Below, piece by piece: positions 28,084-38,851 of a DNA stretch of 64,000 bases. Position numbers and translations under genes: made by a program. The first letter of the stretch is position 1. The number at the start of each line of letters is the position of its first letter. The notes beneath the pieces were generated by a model, which was not told the origin of the DNA, ran no database searches, and was given only the letters and a program-made list of their open reading frames with translations. Source of the DNA: a candidate division WWE3 bacterium RIFCSPHIGHO2_01_FULL_40_23 (GTDB lineage Bacteria; Patescibacteriota; WWE3; UBA101185; 2-01-FULL-41-18); NCBI GenBank assembly GCA_001772615.1, contig MEUZ01000003.1:12450-76449 (forward strand), written 5' to 3'.

Positions 28084-28920
28084 ATGGCGCAGCACCAAGA
28101 TAACAGGTATCATCAGATAAAAAGAGTTCTTGAAATCCATCACAAAAAGGTAATTAAAGACTTTTCTAGAAAGCACGCTCCCCTTCTTAAAAAAACTGCA
28201 TCCAAAGGTGTTTCTTTGGCGGGTGCCGCCGTTATATTCTCATCCCTTCTGGCGGGTGCCGCTTCTTCTGATATTTCAGGAACAAAACAACCCATAAGAA
28301 GCGAGAAGAAAGAAGGCTCGGAAGACGAAAGGAAAGATATCAATCTTATCCTTAAAAGCGGAAATCTTCTTACCGTTGAAAAAGAAAATGAAATAGCGAA
28401 CAAGCTTTCAAAAAACTTTGATCTGAAGCTTTCATCAACCCTTGATGGAAACAGACTCAATGAGGTATATGGCTTTATTGGAGCGGAACAGCATCTTTAC
28501 AGATGGCCAGGGGACACACTTTCAAACCACGATCTTCAGCGAGCGGGAATTGCCCCTTTAAAGGGGGCTTTCGGGTATTTTGATAATGCAGAGCAGGAAA
28601 AGTATTATGTAGCCGTTCAGCTTCATGAACTCCCAGACTGGAATAGCAAATGGTCTACACTAAAACCTTGGTACAGATATAGAAAAGTTTTCGTTTATAA
28701 CCCTGATAACGGGAAGGCAGTTGTGGCCGTAATTGGGGATTCAGGCCCTTCCAAATTTACGGGAAAGACTTTTGGCGGAAGTCCTGAAATTATGGAATAT
28801 CTTCAGAGAGTTGATGGAGCCCAAAAAGGAAAAGTTGTAATATTATTTATAGAAGACCCTGATAACAAAGTTGCTTTGGGGCCAGTTATAACAAATGATA
28901 ACCTAGCACTAACAAGATGA
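28084..28920 (+). CDS. Hypothetical membrane-anchored extracytoplasmic protein (possible double-psi beta-barrel / 3D-like domain)
   Basis: Basic N-terminus, then TM helix (GVSLAGAAVIFSSLLAGAA). The C-terminal AVIGDSGP...GGSPEIMEYL is weakly reminiscent of RlpA/3D domains. No Cys. Confidence 0.4.
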   Translation: MAQHQDNRYHQIKRVLEIHHKKVIKDFSRKHAPLLKKTASKGVSLAGAAVIFSSLLAGAASSDISGTKQPIRSEKKEGSEDERKDINLILKSGNLLTVEKENEIANKLSKNFDLKLSSTLDGNRLNEVYGFIGAEQHLYRWPGDTLSNHDLQRAGIAPLKGAFGYFDNAEQEKYYVAVQLHELPDWNSKWSTLKPWYRYRKVFVYNPDNGKAVVAVIGDSGPSKFTGKTFGGSPEIMEYLQRVDGAQKGKVVILFIEDPDNKVALGPVITNDNLALTR

Positions 28921-29243
28921 AATTTTTATTTGAGGAAATTGCTAATATTGAATATTTAAATCTTGAATTTTCCAAGTTGGAAATAGAAGAAACGGAACTG
29001 GATCATTTAAACCACCTTGCAAAGTCAATTATCCATCACAAAACTTTGGATTTGATACTTGATGAGCTTCCCGATGACTGCAGGGAAGAATTCCTTGTAA
29101 TTTTATCAGAGGATGAGGACCATCAAACGGTTCTTGATTATCTAAAAAAGTCTATTAAAGACTTTGAGGTTAAACTAATTGAGAAAGTTAAAGAAATTGA
29201 GCTTGAATTAATGGCTGAAATTAAAGGTGAGGGTACTGCTTAG
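28917..29243 (+). CDS. Hypothetical acidic helical protein (108 aa)
   Basis: ORF overlapping the previous stop by 4 nt (ATGA). Highly acidic. No recognisable domain. Confidence 0.4.
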   Translation: MKFLFEEIANIEYLNLEFSKLEIEETELDHLNHLAKSIIHHKTLDLILDELPDDCREEFLVILSEDEDHQTVLDYLKKSIKDFEVKLIEKVKEIELELMAEIKGEGTA

Positions 29244-30294
29244 CCCTTTTCCACACAGCATTTACAAACCCCAAACCCATAAAAGTGCTTAACATTGAAC
29301 TCCCCCCATAGGACACGAGAGGGAGAGTAATTCCTGTTACCGGCATAATTCCTACATTCATCCCGATGTTAATAAACATCTGAAACAAAATAATTGTGAA
29401 GACACCCACACAGACGAAAAAACTAAATCTATCCTTTGAAAAAACCATTACTTTTAAAATACCCCAAAGAAGAAAGCCGAAAAGTACAAAAAGAAGGATT
29501 ACTCCCATAAAGCCCCATTCCTCCGAAAAAGAAGCAAAAATAAAGTCAGTATAATATTCAGGTAAAAACTTAAGCCTTGACTGTGTACCATGCCCGAAAC
29601 CTTTCCCAAAAATCAATCCGGAACCAACAGCAATCTGTGACTGTAAAACATTGTAACCTGCCCCAAGAGGGTCTTTATAAGGATCTAAAAACACAAAAAT
29701 CCTTTCTTTTTGGTAATCCTTCATTAAATTCCATACAGGGCCTGAAATAATACCAAATATAATAAAACCAATTAAAAAATAAACTTTATTAATCTTAGAA
29801 GACGCTAGAACCATTAAATAAACTAATACAATAATGATAGAGGTACCAAGATCCGGTTGAAGAAAAACCAAAAGAAATGTGGGAAGAAAAAGTGCCAAAC
29901 TTTTGAAAAAATCTGAAAGCTTGGGCTTTTCCTTGGCAATCTTTGAAAAAAAATAACTTAATAGGAACACCAGTATAATTTTGGCGAATTCAGAGGGTTG
30001 AAAGTTAAACGAACCAAAAGTTATCCATCTTAAAGATCCTCTAACTTCTTTTCCTGCTATCAGAGTTAATAAAAGCAGGAAATTCATGAATATAAATATG
30101 TACTTCCAAAAAGGAAAAAACATTGAGTAATCAATGGAAGAAAGCGTAAAAAAAAGAAGGATACCTAAAACAGTATATGCCACCTGTTGCCTTGCGTAAC
30201 CTTCAGAAAGAGATAAAAGAACAAAGATCCCAAGTGAGCTTATCAATATTGAGGGTATCAGAAGAGAAAAATTAATATTTTCAAGGATTTTCAT
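29221..30294 (-). CDS. rodA: SEDS-family peptidoglycan glycosyltransferase (RodA/FtsW/SpoVE)
   Basis: 10-TM protein with the conserved SEDS C-terminal loop (LPEYYTDFIFASFSEEWGFMG). There is a separate ftsW in the dcw cluster, so this one is the RodA-like copy. Confidence 0.75.
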   Translation of the reverse strand: MKILENINFSLLIPSILISSLGIFVLLSLSEGYARQQVAYTVLGILLFFTLSSIDYSMFFPFWKYIFIFMNFLLLLTLIAGKEVRGSLRWITFGSFNFQPSEFAKIILVFLLSYFFSKIAKEKPKLSDFFKSLALFLPTFLLVFLQPDLGTSIIIVLVYLMVLASSKINKVYFLIGFIIFGIISGPVWNLMKDYQKERIFVFLDPYKDPLGAGYNVLQSQIAVGSGLIFGKGFGHGTQSRLKFLPEYYTDFIFASFSEEWGFMGVILLFVLFGFLLWGILKVMVFSKDRFSFFVCVGVFTIILFQMFINIGMNVGIMPVTGITLPLVSYGGSSMLSTFMGLGFVNAVWKRAKQYPHL

Positions 30295-30325
30295 AGAAGA
30301 TAGTTTTGGTTAGCACTCTTTGAAG

Positions 30326-33133
30326 CTATGAGCGAATCCTAAGCTTGCTTCCCTTTATAAAAGCCTTCACCTTGGCTTTGGATTTTACATATTCCCCAAA
30401 TCTCTTAAGCATAATGTCGGTTTCGTTATTTTTTTCATATTCAAGCTCAATAAATTTGTCAAGAGAAACACCCATAACTTTTCTAAGAGACTGTATAGAT
30501 CTAATAAACTCCCTCGCGCTGCCTTCAAGTAATAACTCCTCATTTAGCTTTGTGTCAAGTTCAACGGTAATAAGATCGGTTTTTTGAGTTTTAATCTTAA
30601 CATCCTTCACATTAAGCTCATCTTTAATAACTTCTAAGAGAGCGGGAGTCAGTTTCCCTTTTGAACTTGCAATTTTTAGGAGCGTAAGCGGCTGTCTCAC
30701 CTTAATACCTTCTTCCCTTCTCTTGGCGTGCCCTTTTTCTGAAACAATCCTTACAAAAGCCATTTCTTCTTCCAGTTTTTTATCAATTTTTCTTGCATCA
30801 AAGCTTGGCCACTCTGAAAGATGAACGGACTCCTGGCTGGTAAGCTCTTTAAATGCCACCTCCGAAATAAAAGGCGCTATAGGGGCAAGCATTTTGGAAA
30901 GATTTATCAAGGAATAAGCCATTATACCCTGGGAAATTAAACTTTCTCTAATCCTTTCTCTGCTTCTTCTTAAATACCATGTGGAAAAATCATCAATAAA
31001 CGCCTGCAATGCCCTGCATGATGACACAACATCATATAAATCCATATACCTTGTTACATCTCTGACGGTTGAATTAATTCTAGAAAGGAGCCATTTATCC
31101 ATTAAGTCTGAAGAATTTTCCTTAACCACATCCGATTTAGAATAAAGCTTATAGAAAGAGAAAACATTCCAGAAAATATTAATAACTTTCTTATATACCT
31201 CATCTACATCTTTTTCGTTAATAATCACATTTTCCGCCCTCATTACTGAAGTAGACATCATATAAAATCTCAAAGAATCAACACCATACCTCTCAAAAAC
31301 TAGGGCGGGGTCGGGATAATTCTTTCTTGATTTTGATAATTTTTTCCCATCAGTCCCAAGATAAACTCCTGTCACTACCACATTCAAGAAACTCGGCTTT
31401 TCAAATAATGCAACTGAAATCCTATGAAGCACGTTAAACCAGGCTCTTACCTGCCCTACATATTCGGCGATAAATTGCGCGGGATAGTTTTCTTCAAACT
31501 TTTCCCGATTCTCAAAAGGATAATGCAAAGAGGCGAAAGGCATTGAGGCAGACTCAATCCAGCAATCAAAAACCTCGGGGATCCTTTTCATCTCCCCACC
31601 GCATTTACACTTTAATAAAATTTCATCAATGTATGGTCTGTGCAAATCTTTAAGCTTGTCAACAAGACTTTTGTCAACCGCCCTCTCCCTCATTTCCGAC
31701 ACACTCCCCACTATCTCTTTTAAGCCGCACTTTGAACAAATCCAAACAGGCATTGGAGATCCCCAATATCTACTCCTTGATATATTCCAATCTGGGGAGG
31801 ATTCAAGAATATTCTTAAACTGGCCATGTTTAAAATGGCCCGGAAACCAGTTGATCTTTTCATTTTCTTTTATAAGCTTTGGTTTTATCTTCTGTATATT
31901 AATAAACCAGGCGGGAACCGCATTGTAATATAGCGGCGTGTCACATCTGTAGCAAAAAGGATAAGAGTGGGTTGTCATCTCATCTTTTAAAAGAAGTTCT
32001 CTTTGCTTAAGATCTTCAATTATTATTGGATTGGCTTCTTTAAAAAATTTGCCTGACACCAATGTTACAAAATTTTGAAATCTTCCCTGATCATCAAGCA
32101 TCGGAACTGTGGGAAGGTCCATCTTTAACGCTGCTTTGTAATCATCTTCCCCGTAGATTGCTGCCGTATGAACAACACCGGTTCCTTCCTCCATACTCAC
32201 AAAATCGGAAGAAAAAACATAGTAAGCTTTCTTATCTCCTATCGGCAGGTAATTGTACAAAGGCTCATACCCAAGCCCTACAAGATCTTTCCCCTTAAGG
32301 GTTCTTAAAAGTTTGTACCCTTTTGGAAGAATTGAAAGCCTGCTCTTGGCAAGGTAATAAGTTTCGTCTCCGGCTTTAACCTCCGCATAATCCAAACTTT
32401 CATCAACTGCAAGACCTACATTTCCAGGGAGAGTCCAAGGTGTAGTCGTCCAGGCCAGAATGTACGCACTCTTCTTTGATACAAGCTTAAATTTTACATA
32501 AACCGAGGTTTCAGTGACATCCTGATAACTGTTATCCATCGCAATCTCAAAATTTGAAAGCGGCGTAGCACATCTTGGACAATATAAAATTACATGCCTT
32601 CCTTCATAAATAAGTCCTTTGTCATAAAGTTTTCCAAACGCCCACCAGACAGATTCAATGTAGGTATTATCAAGAGTCTTATAGGAATTTTCCATGTCAA
32701 CCCATCTTCCAACCCTCCTTATCACTTTCCTCCACTCCTTGTCATATCTAAAGACTGAAGCTCTGCAGGCTTGATTAAACTTTTCAATACCCAATTCTTC
32801 AATACCTCGCTTCCCTCCTTTGAGTTTTAATTCCTGCTCTATTAAATTTTCTATAGGAAGACCATGGCAGTCCCATCCCCATACTCTCTCAACTCTATAA
32901 CCTCTCATGGTGAAATATCTGGGGACAACATCCTTTGCCGTGGATCCAAGAATATGACCGTAATGGGGAAGTCCTGTCGCAAACGGGGGTCCATCATAAA
33001 AAACGAAGGAACGGGACTTAGGATTCTTCTCAACGCTTTTTTCAAAAATTTTATTCTTATCCCAAAAATCCAAGACTTTCTTCTCAAGCTCTGAGAAATT
33101 CACTTTTTCCTGATAGTTTTTTACAAATTGCAT
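30326..33133 (-). CDS. ileS: Isoleucyl-tRNA synthetase (type 2, compact)
   Basis: PPFATGLPHYGHIL (HIGH) and KLSKSRKN (KMSKS). The editing domain is present. 935 aa. Confidence 0.9.
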   Translation of the reverse strand: MQFVKNYQEKVNFSELEKKVLDFWDKNKIFEKSVEKNPKSRSFVFYDGPPFATGLPHYGHILGSTAKDVVPRYFTMRGYRVERVWGWDCHGLPIENLIEQELKLKGGKRGIEELGIEKFNQACRASVFRYDKEWRKVIRRVGRWVDMENSYKTLDNTYIESVWWAFGKLYDKGLIYEGRHVILYCPRCATPLSNFEIAMDNSYQDVTETSVYVKFKLVSKKSAYILAWTTTPWTLPGNVGLAVDESLDYAEVKAGDETYYLAKSRLSILPKGYKLLRTLKGKDLVGLGYEPLYNYLPIGDKKAYYVFSSDFVSMEEGTGVVHTAAIYGEDDYKAALKMDLPTVPMLDDQGRFQNFVTLVSGKFFKEANPIIIEDLKQRELLLKDEMTTHSYPFCYRCDTPLYYNAVPAWFINIQKIKPKLIKENEKINWFPGHFKHGQFKNILESSPDWNISRSRYWGSPMPVWICSKCGLKEIVGSVSEMRERAVDKSLVDKLKDLHRPYIDEILLKCKCGGEMKRIPEVFDCWIESASMPFASLHYPFENREKFEENYPAQFIAEYVGQVRAWFNVLHRISVALFEKPSFLNVVVTGVYLGTDGKKLSKSRKNYPDPALVFERYGVDSLRFYMMSTSVMRAENVIINEKDVDEVYKKVINIFWNVFSFYKLYSKSDVVKENSSDLMDKWLLSRINSTVRDVTRYMDLYDVVSSCRALQAFIDDFSTWYLRRSRERIRESLISQGIMAYSLINLSKMLAPIAPFISEVAFKELTSQESVHLSEWPSFDARKIDKKLEEEMAFVRIVSEKGHAKRREEGIKVRQPLTLLKIASSKGKLTPALLEVIKDELNVKDVKIKTQKTDLITVELDTKLNEELLLEGSAREFIRSIQSLRKVMGVSLDKFIELEYEKNNETDIMLKRFGEYVKSKAKVKAFIKGSKLRIRS

Positions 33134-33150
33134 ACAAGAAACCTTTCCCT

Positions 33151-33266
33151 TTACATCTCCCTAAGAACAATCTCATCAACTTCCCTAGCCCTAACAACCA
33201 GCACTCCCACAACAACAAATCCAAAAACAATCAAAATGACCAGTGATAAAAACGTTTTAAAACTCA
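33151..33266 (-). CDS. Possible small hydrophobic peptide (38 aa, MSFKTFLSLVILIVFGFVVVGVLVVRAREVDEIVLREM)
   Basis: Hand-translated ORF in the ileS-PduO intergenic region. It is below the 60-aa cutoff of the track and overlaps the PduO stop by 10 nt. Single predicted TM helix. Confidence 0.2.
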
Positions 33267-33805
33267 TCCCTTTTACTCCATATGAACTCTTTCGTATTTT
33301 CCATCTTATTAACATAGCGTGCAAGGGTAAAAAGCAAGTCAGAAAGCCTGTTTAAATACATGATGATACTTCCCGATACTTTTTCTTCCTTAGAAAAAGA
33401 CACAATGTTTCTCTCGCATCTTCTGCAAACAGATCTGGTTAAATGAAGTGAGGAAGAAGGAACTGATCCTCCGGGAAGAATAAAATTTGAAAGCTTACTA
33501 ACCTTGGCAGAATACTTATCTATGCACTTTTCTACAAAGGAAGTTCTCCTTTTTAACCTGGAGGATGTTCTAACCTGTTCTTCCAATGAAGGAAGTACAA
33601 AACCTATCGTAAATAAATCTCTCTGAACACCAGTAAGAATCAAGTTTATCTCGTCAAGCTTAATATAGGAGATGCTGACACCCAAAGCACTGTTAAGCTC
33701 ATCCAAACATCCTAAAGATTCTATGATTTTTGCATCCTTTGAAACTCTCTTACCTCTAAACAGAGAAGTTTTTCCCTCGTCACCTGTTTTAGTGTAAATT
33801 TTCAT
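33257..33805 (-). CDS. ATP:cob(I)alamin adenosyltransferase, PduO/MMAB type
   Basis: MKIYTKTGDEGKTSLFRGKRVSKDAKIIESLGCLDELNSALG is the hallmark N-terminus of PduO-type ATR. Confidence 0.8.
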   Translation of the reverse strand: MKIYTKTGDEGKTSLFRGKRVSKDAKIIESLGCLDELNSALGVSISYIKLDEINLILTGVQRDLFTIGFVLPSLEEQVRTSSRLKRRTSFVEKCIDKYSAKVSKLSNFILPGGSVPSSSLHLTRSVCRRCERNIVSFSKEEKVSGSIIMYLNRLSDLLFTLARYVNKMENTKEFIWSKRDEF

Positions 33806-33853
33806 ACTATTAAGGATTATAGGTTAAAGTTGAAGAAGATGAAAATTGAATCC

Positions 33854-36337
33854 TTAGCATCTGCTGTACCCGCACGTATAGCACTTGGCACAGCCCTCTT
33901 CCAAAACGAGAGTTGAGTTACCACAGTCAGGGCACATGTCGGAAGAAAAGAACAAGTTTTGCTCTTTCTTTTCGGGCTCAATAATATTGTGGCCGTTCTG
34001 TTTAACGGTAAAACCAAATTCCCTGGCAAAAACTTTTGCCACAGCATCAGGTATTGATGAAATCCTGTTAGGGCCAAAACCTATAGAGCTCGAACCACCG
34101 ATACCTATAAGCTGGTCTATTATTTCGCTAACTGTATGAGAGGAATCTCTTGATGATCTTAACCATCCGGACATAAGTCTTCCCATTGCCTCTGCGAGGC
34201 CTGAAACATCTGAACCCGCTTTACCTACAGTTAGAAAAACCTCAAAAGGCTCATTTTCCCTTTCCCTTGTTATGTTTATATACGCTACCCCTTGAGGTGT
34301 TCTTAATTTATATGTCACACCTTCAAGTCTTTCCGGTCTTGCCTTTACAGCACTCACATCAATATTCTTTATGGTACTAGAAGCATCCGATTCTTTCTTC
34401 TTTTTGGTTTCATGTGTTTCCAAGACCACTTCCTTTCTTGTACCGGTAACATAGACTGTAATCCCCTTACACCCAAGCTTCCAAGCCTTTATATAAACCG
34501 ATGCAATGTCATCCTTAGTTGCCGTTTCCGGAAAATTACATGTTTTTGAGAGCGAGTTGTCAATAAAAGCCTGGATAGAGGCCTGCATCATAACATGTTC
34601 ATCAGGTGTAATATCAGATGAAACTACAAAAACGTTTTTTATTTCTGCGGGAAGTTCTGCTACTCTCTGGCATGTTCCGGTTCTAACAACCTCATCTATT
34701 ATTTTTTCTTTAAGCTTTGCCTCTATACCAGCTTCATTTAAAGCGTTTTCAAAAAGCGGACTTGTGTAAGTAAGGGTGAGCTTGTTTTCATTTCCAGCGG
34801 CCTGATAAACATTCCTCAAATAGGCCAAAGCAAAGGCGGGCTCACAGCCATATCCTTCGCAACCTGCGACAGTTGAGATTGTCCCCGTAGGGGCAACCGT
34901 CGTCTGAGCCCCATTTCTTATCCCATACTTTTTTATACCTTCGGTTACAACATTCCAGTCCAGTTTGGGCCTCCACCAGTTTGTGGCATGTGAAAATAAT
35001 GGTTTTGGAGGTTCCCACTTCAAGTCTTTAGGATCGTAGATACTTCCCGAAATAGCTTTGAAGGACCCGCGCTCCCTTGCAAGATCTATGGATGTAATCA
35101 TTGAGTGGTATCTGATAAATTCTGAAACTTGAGACGCAAACTCACAACCTTCCCTACTCCCATAACGGATCCCAAGGGTATACATACTATCAGCAAGACC
35201 CATAAAACCAAGTCCTATTCTTCTTACGCTTTCTGCCGATCTTCTTAGCTCCGGAACTGCCTCAACGTACTTATTGGCCGTAACCACATTGTCTAAAAAT
35301 CTTGTAGAAAGGATCACTGTTTCCTTCAAGGCACCCCAATCCAGTTTTTTATCAGGGGTTATATGCTCGGCAAGGTTAACAGAGCCAAGACAACAATTTT
35401 CGTAAGGGCCTAACCACTGCTCTCCACAAGGGTTGGTTGCTTCTAGAGAGTAAAGATGGGGAACTGGATTTGATCTGTTTGCAACATCAATAAATAAAAC
35501 ACCGGGTTCTCCGTTCCTGTGAGCGAAAGAAATAATCATATCAAATATTTCTTTAGCTAAAACCGTTTCAACAATCCTTCCGTCGTGTGGGTCAATAAGA
35601 TCGTAGGTGGTGTTTGATTCAACAGCTTTCATAAAAGCATCTGTAACTGCAACAGAAATGTTAAAATTGGAGACACTTCCCTCGGTTGCTTTGCAGGAAA
35701 TAAAGTCCCTTATATCCGGATGGTCAACTCTTAAAACTGCCATATTTGCCCCCCTCCTTGCTCCCCCTTGAGCTATCTCCCCAAAAGCTGAATCATAAAC
35801 TTTAAGAAACCCTACTGGACCTGTTGCTTTGCCATTGCTCGTTTTAACAATTGCACCCTTTGGCCTTAATCTTGAAAACGAGAAACCATTCCCTCCGCCA
35901 ACCTGCTGAATTAACGCTGCTGCTCTAAGAGTGGAAAATATCCCATTAGATTCTTTACCAAGGTCGTCTTCTATAGGCAGTACAAAACAAGCCGCGAGCT
36001 GACCAAGTGGAGTTCCGGCACCCGTAAAGGTAGGGGAGTTTGGAAAAAACTTTTTTGTGGTGAGAAGATTATAAAACTCAACTTCAGAAGTCTTTACATC
36101 AAGGTATCCCAAGTCCGGCTCCGCAACACATCTTGCGATTCTTTCAAACATTTCTTCTATACCCTCCGCAGGCTCTCCGTCGGCGCCTCTTCTTAAGTAT
36201 CTTTTTGTAAGAACTGTTTTACTATTTTCATCTAGTACAATTCTTGTATTCTTCTCAATATGTTTTTTTGAATCAACTCCACCTGATCCATTTAAAGTAG
36301 CATCTTTACTTGAAGGTTTAACCTGTAGCCACTGCAT
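33854..36337 (-). CDS. nrdJ: Ribonucleoside-diphosphate/triphosphate reductase, class II (adenosylcobalamin-dependent) with C-terminal Zn-ribbon
   Basis: Active-site region [21 protein letters not shown], monomeric class II architecture, and a C-terminal CPDCG...[12 protein letters not shown] ribbon. Confidence 0.9.
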   Translation of the reverse strand: MQWLQVKPSSKDATLNGSGGVDSKKHIEKNTRIVLDENSKTVLTKRYLRRGADGEPAEGIEEMFERIARCVAEPDLGYLDVKTSEVEFYNLLTTKKFFPNSPTFTGAGTPLGQLAACFVLPIEDDLGKESNGIFSTLRAAALIQQVGGGNGFSFSRLRPKGAIVKTSNGKATGPVGFLKVYDSAFGEIAQGGARRGANMAVLRVDHPDIRDFISCKATEGSVSNFNISVAVTDAFMKAVESNTTYDLIDPHDGRIVETVLAKEIFDMIISFAHRNGEPGVLFIDVANRSNPVPHLYSLEATNPCGEQWLGPYENCCLGSVNLAEHITPDKKLDWGALKETVILSTRFLDNVVTANKYVEAVPELRRSAESVRRIGLGFMGLADSMYTLGIRYGSREGCEFASQVSEFIRYHSMITSIDLARERGSFKAISGSIYDPKDLKWEPPKPLFSHATNWWRPKLDWNVVTEGIKKYGIRNGAQTTVAPTGTISTVAGCEGYGCEPAFALAYLRNVYQAAGNENKLTLTYTSPLFENALNEAGIEAKLKEKIIDEVVRTGTCQRVAELPAEIKNVFVVSSDITPDEHVMMQASIQAFIDNSLSKTCNFPETATKDDIASVYIKAWKLGCKGITVYVTGTRKEVVLETHETKKKKESDASSTIKNIDVSAVKARPERLEGVTYKLRTPQGVAYINITRERENEPFEVFLTVGKAGSDVSGLAEAMGRLMSGWLRSSRDSSHTVSEIIDQLIGIGGSSSIGFGPNRISSIPDAVAKVFAREFGFTVKQNGHNIIEPEKKEQNLFFSSDMCPDCGNSTLVLEEGCAKCYTCGYSRC

Positions 36338-36481
36338 ATTCTAAAAAACAAAAAATCCCTGACGAAGCTTATAACAAAGCCTAATTGTTAATAATAAATA
36401 AATACCTGGCTATATTTATTGAACCATACACAAGATTAGCAAGCAAGAAGATTTTTCTGCTACATTAGAGGGAATTAAGGA

Positions 36482-37582
36482 TTATCTTTTTCTCAAGAAA
36501 GTTGGAATATCAAATCTCTCATCACCAAACAGATTATCTTCTTTCTTAATTTCTTCTTTTTCAGGTTGTTCTTCCAGTTTTTCCGCCATCTTTTCTCTCT
36601 TCTCTATTCTCCCATACTGCTTAACCAGCTCATTATCAAAACCTGTGGCAATAACGGTTATTTTAACTTGATCATCAAGACTTTGATCTATCGTTGCCCC
36701 AAATATGATATTGGCATCAGAGCTTGCAGCCTCGCTTATAATCCTTGCTGCCTCATCTACTTCATGCATTGATAGGTTATCACTTCCAATAACGTTAAAT
36801 AATATACCTGTAGCACCTTCTATTGAAACTTCAAGAAGCGGTGAGGAGACAGCTGCCCTTGCTGCTGTTACAGCTCTATTCTCACCTGTTCCTCTTCCAA
36901 TACCCATTAATGCGGAGCCAGCTTCCGTCATAATAGTTCTAACATCCGCAAAATCAACGTTTATTAGTCCTGGCATAGTAATTAAATCTGAAATCCCCTG
37001 TACACCTTGACCCAAAACATTATCTGAAACCTTAAACGCTTCTATTATAGACATCTTTTTCTCTACAACTTCCAAAAGCTTCTGGTTCGGAATGGTAATC
37101 AACGCGTCAACCTTTCCTTTCAGATTAGTGACGCCTCTTTCAGCATTTTGCATTCTCCTAGTACCTTCAAAGTTAAAAGGTTTAGTAACAAAACCGACGA
37201 CCAAAGAACCTACCGATTTTGCAATCTCTGCAATTATGGGTGCAGCACCCGTGCCGGTTCCACCCCCCATCCCCGCTGTAATAAAAATCATGTCTGAACC
37301 CTCAAGATGCCCTTTTATCACATCAGAGGACTCGTGAGCTGCCCTTTCCCCTATTTCAGGATTAGCTCCCGAACCAAGACCTTTAGTTATTTCCTGACCA
37401 ATTGGAATTTTTATAGGCGCTTGATTAACAGACAAGGCCTGTGCATCCGTGTTAATTGCAATAAATTCCACTCCTGCAATACTTTGGGATTCAATCATCG
37501 TATTTAATGCATTGCAACCGCAACCTCCTATACCGACTACTTTAATTTTAGCGTAACGCTCTATCTCAGGCTTCACCAACAT
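36482..37582 (-). CDS. ftsZ: Cell division protein FtsZ
   Basis: GGGTGTGAAPIIAEIAK tubulin signature and an NTDAQAL T7-loop region. Confidence 0.95.
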   Translation of the reverse strand: MLVKPEIERYAKIKVVGIGGCGCNALNTMIESQSIAGVEFIAINTDAQALSVNQAPIKIPIGQEITKGLGSGANPEIGERAAHESSDVIKGHLEGSDMIFITAGMGGGTGTGAAPIIAEIAKSVGSLVVGFVTKPFNFEGTRRMQNAERGVTNLKGKVDALITIPNQKLLEVVEKKMSIIEAFKVSDNVLGQGVQGISDLITMPGLINVDFADVRTIMTEAGSALMGIGRGTGENRAVTAARAAVSSPLLEVSIEGATGILFNVIGSDNLSMHEVDEAARIISEAASSDANIIFGATIDQSLDDQVKITVIATGFDNELVKQYGRIEKREKMAEKLEEQPEKEEIKKEDNLFGDERFDIPTFLRKR

Positions 37583-37594
37583 AAATTGAAAATC

Positions 37595-38845
37595 TTAGGG
37601 CAGAAAAGATTTAAAGAAATTAATACTCTTAGAGACTAATCCACCAATCTTACTCTTTGAGCCTCCAAAAGACAAGTTTGAACTCTTAGTTCGCATAAAA
37701 TGACTTCCGTAAAGAAGAACCCCAACAGTTGCTGAAAAAGCCGGGCCTTCAATTTCATCAATTAAACCCGTAACACCTCTAGGATATCCAACTCTTACAG
37801 GCATTTTTAGCACGTTTTTTGCTATTTTTTCAATACCACAGGTCGCGGCAGCCCCTCCTGTTACAATGAGACCAGCCGGAAGCTTACCCGAAAGGTTTCC
37901 TTTCCTTACTTCCAAAGCAATCAACCTCAAAATTTCGTCAAGCCTAGCATCAATGATGTCATATAAAAGTTTTTTTGGGATAGTATCTGTATCAAGATTA
38001 AATTCTGTAACATCCAAATCGTCGTTTTTCTTCTCGCCTTCCAAAGGTTTTTTGTCTCTCTCAAGAGAAAGATTAATCTTTATTTTTTCCGCAGCTTCCA
38101 TTGAAGCCCTTAGCCCTATTGCAAGATCAGAAGTTACATGCTGTCCTCCAATTGGAAGAACTGAAGAATATACGGGACTTCCATCTGAAAAGATAACTAT
38201 GGATGTCGTGCCCCCGCCTATATCAACAAGTATAGCCCCAAGCTCTTTTTCGGTATCGGTTAAAACAGCCTCACTTGATGCTATACCAGTAAATACAAGA
38301 TCCTCAACCTCTACACCGACTTGAGTAACGCATTTAACCAAATTTCTCATGCTTGTTGCAAGGCCTGTTATAACATTCGTCTCAACCTCAAGTCTTACAC
38401 CGCTCATACCGGTCGGATCTTTTATGCCGCTTTGTCCATCCACTATGAAATCCCTAGGAATAACATGGATTATCTCTTTGGAAGATGGTAAAGAAATTGC
38501 CTGCGCGGCTTCCGTAACTCTTGCTATGTCTTCTGCACCTATCTCAACACCTTGATGCGACACTGCAACCACTCCATGTGAATTCATTGACTCTATATGA
38601 CTTCCTGAAACCGTTACATAAGCCGACTGAATTGATATTCCGGCCATCCTTTGAGCTCTCTCCAAACTCTGATCAATTGCCTCCACAGCCTCATCAATAT
38701 CAACAACTACACCCCTTTTTATTCCAGTGGATGGAACTTGAGAAACACCTATAACTGAAACCCTGCCTTCTGAAACATTCGCAACTATGGTACTGATTTT
38801 TGAAGATCCTATATCTATTCCGGTTACAAATTTATCTTTACCCAT
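37595..38845 (-). CDS. ftsA: Cell division protein FtsA
   Basis: Actin-like ATPase: GIDIGSSKISTIV, DIGGGTTSIVIF. It is adjacent to ftsZ. Confidence 0.9.
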   Translation of the reverse strand: MGKDKFVTGIDIGSSKISTIVANVSEGRVSVIGVSQVPSTGIKRGVVVDIDEAVEAIDQSLERAQRMAGISIQSAYVTVSGSHIESMNSHGVVAVSHQGVEIGAEDIARVTEAAQAISLPSSKEIIHVIPRDFIVDGQSGIKDPTGMSGVRLEVETNVITGLATSMRNLVKCVTQVGVEVEDLVFTGIASSEAVLTDTEKELGAILVDIGGGTTSIVIFSDGSPVYSSVLPIGGQHVTSDLAIGLRASMEAAEKIKINLSLERDKKPLEGEKKNDDLDVTEFNLDTDTIPKKLLYDIIDARLDEILRLIALEVRKGNLSGKLPAGLIVTGGAAATCGIEKIAKNVLKMPVRVGYPRGVTGLIDEIEGPAFSATVGVLLYGSHFMRTKSSNLSFGGSKSKIGGLVSKSINFFKSFLP

Positions 38846-38851
38846 ACTGAT

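Noticed and set aside
33134-33256. T-box leader upstream of ileS
   Set aside because: The region is only about 120 nt, lacks the T-box consensus, and is largely occupied by a micro-ORF and the PduO gene end.
36338-36481. Possible cobalamin riboswitch or terminator in the ftsZ-nrdJ intergenic region
   Set aside because: There is no B12-box-like conserved core or convincing multi-stem structure, and cobalamin riboswitches are not expected on a B12-dependent enzyme. Only a T-rich tract and a weak promoter-like pair are seen.
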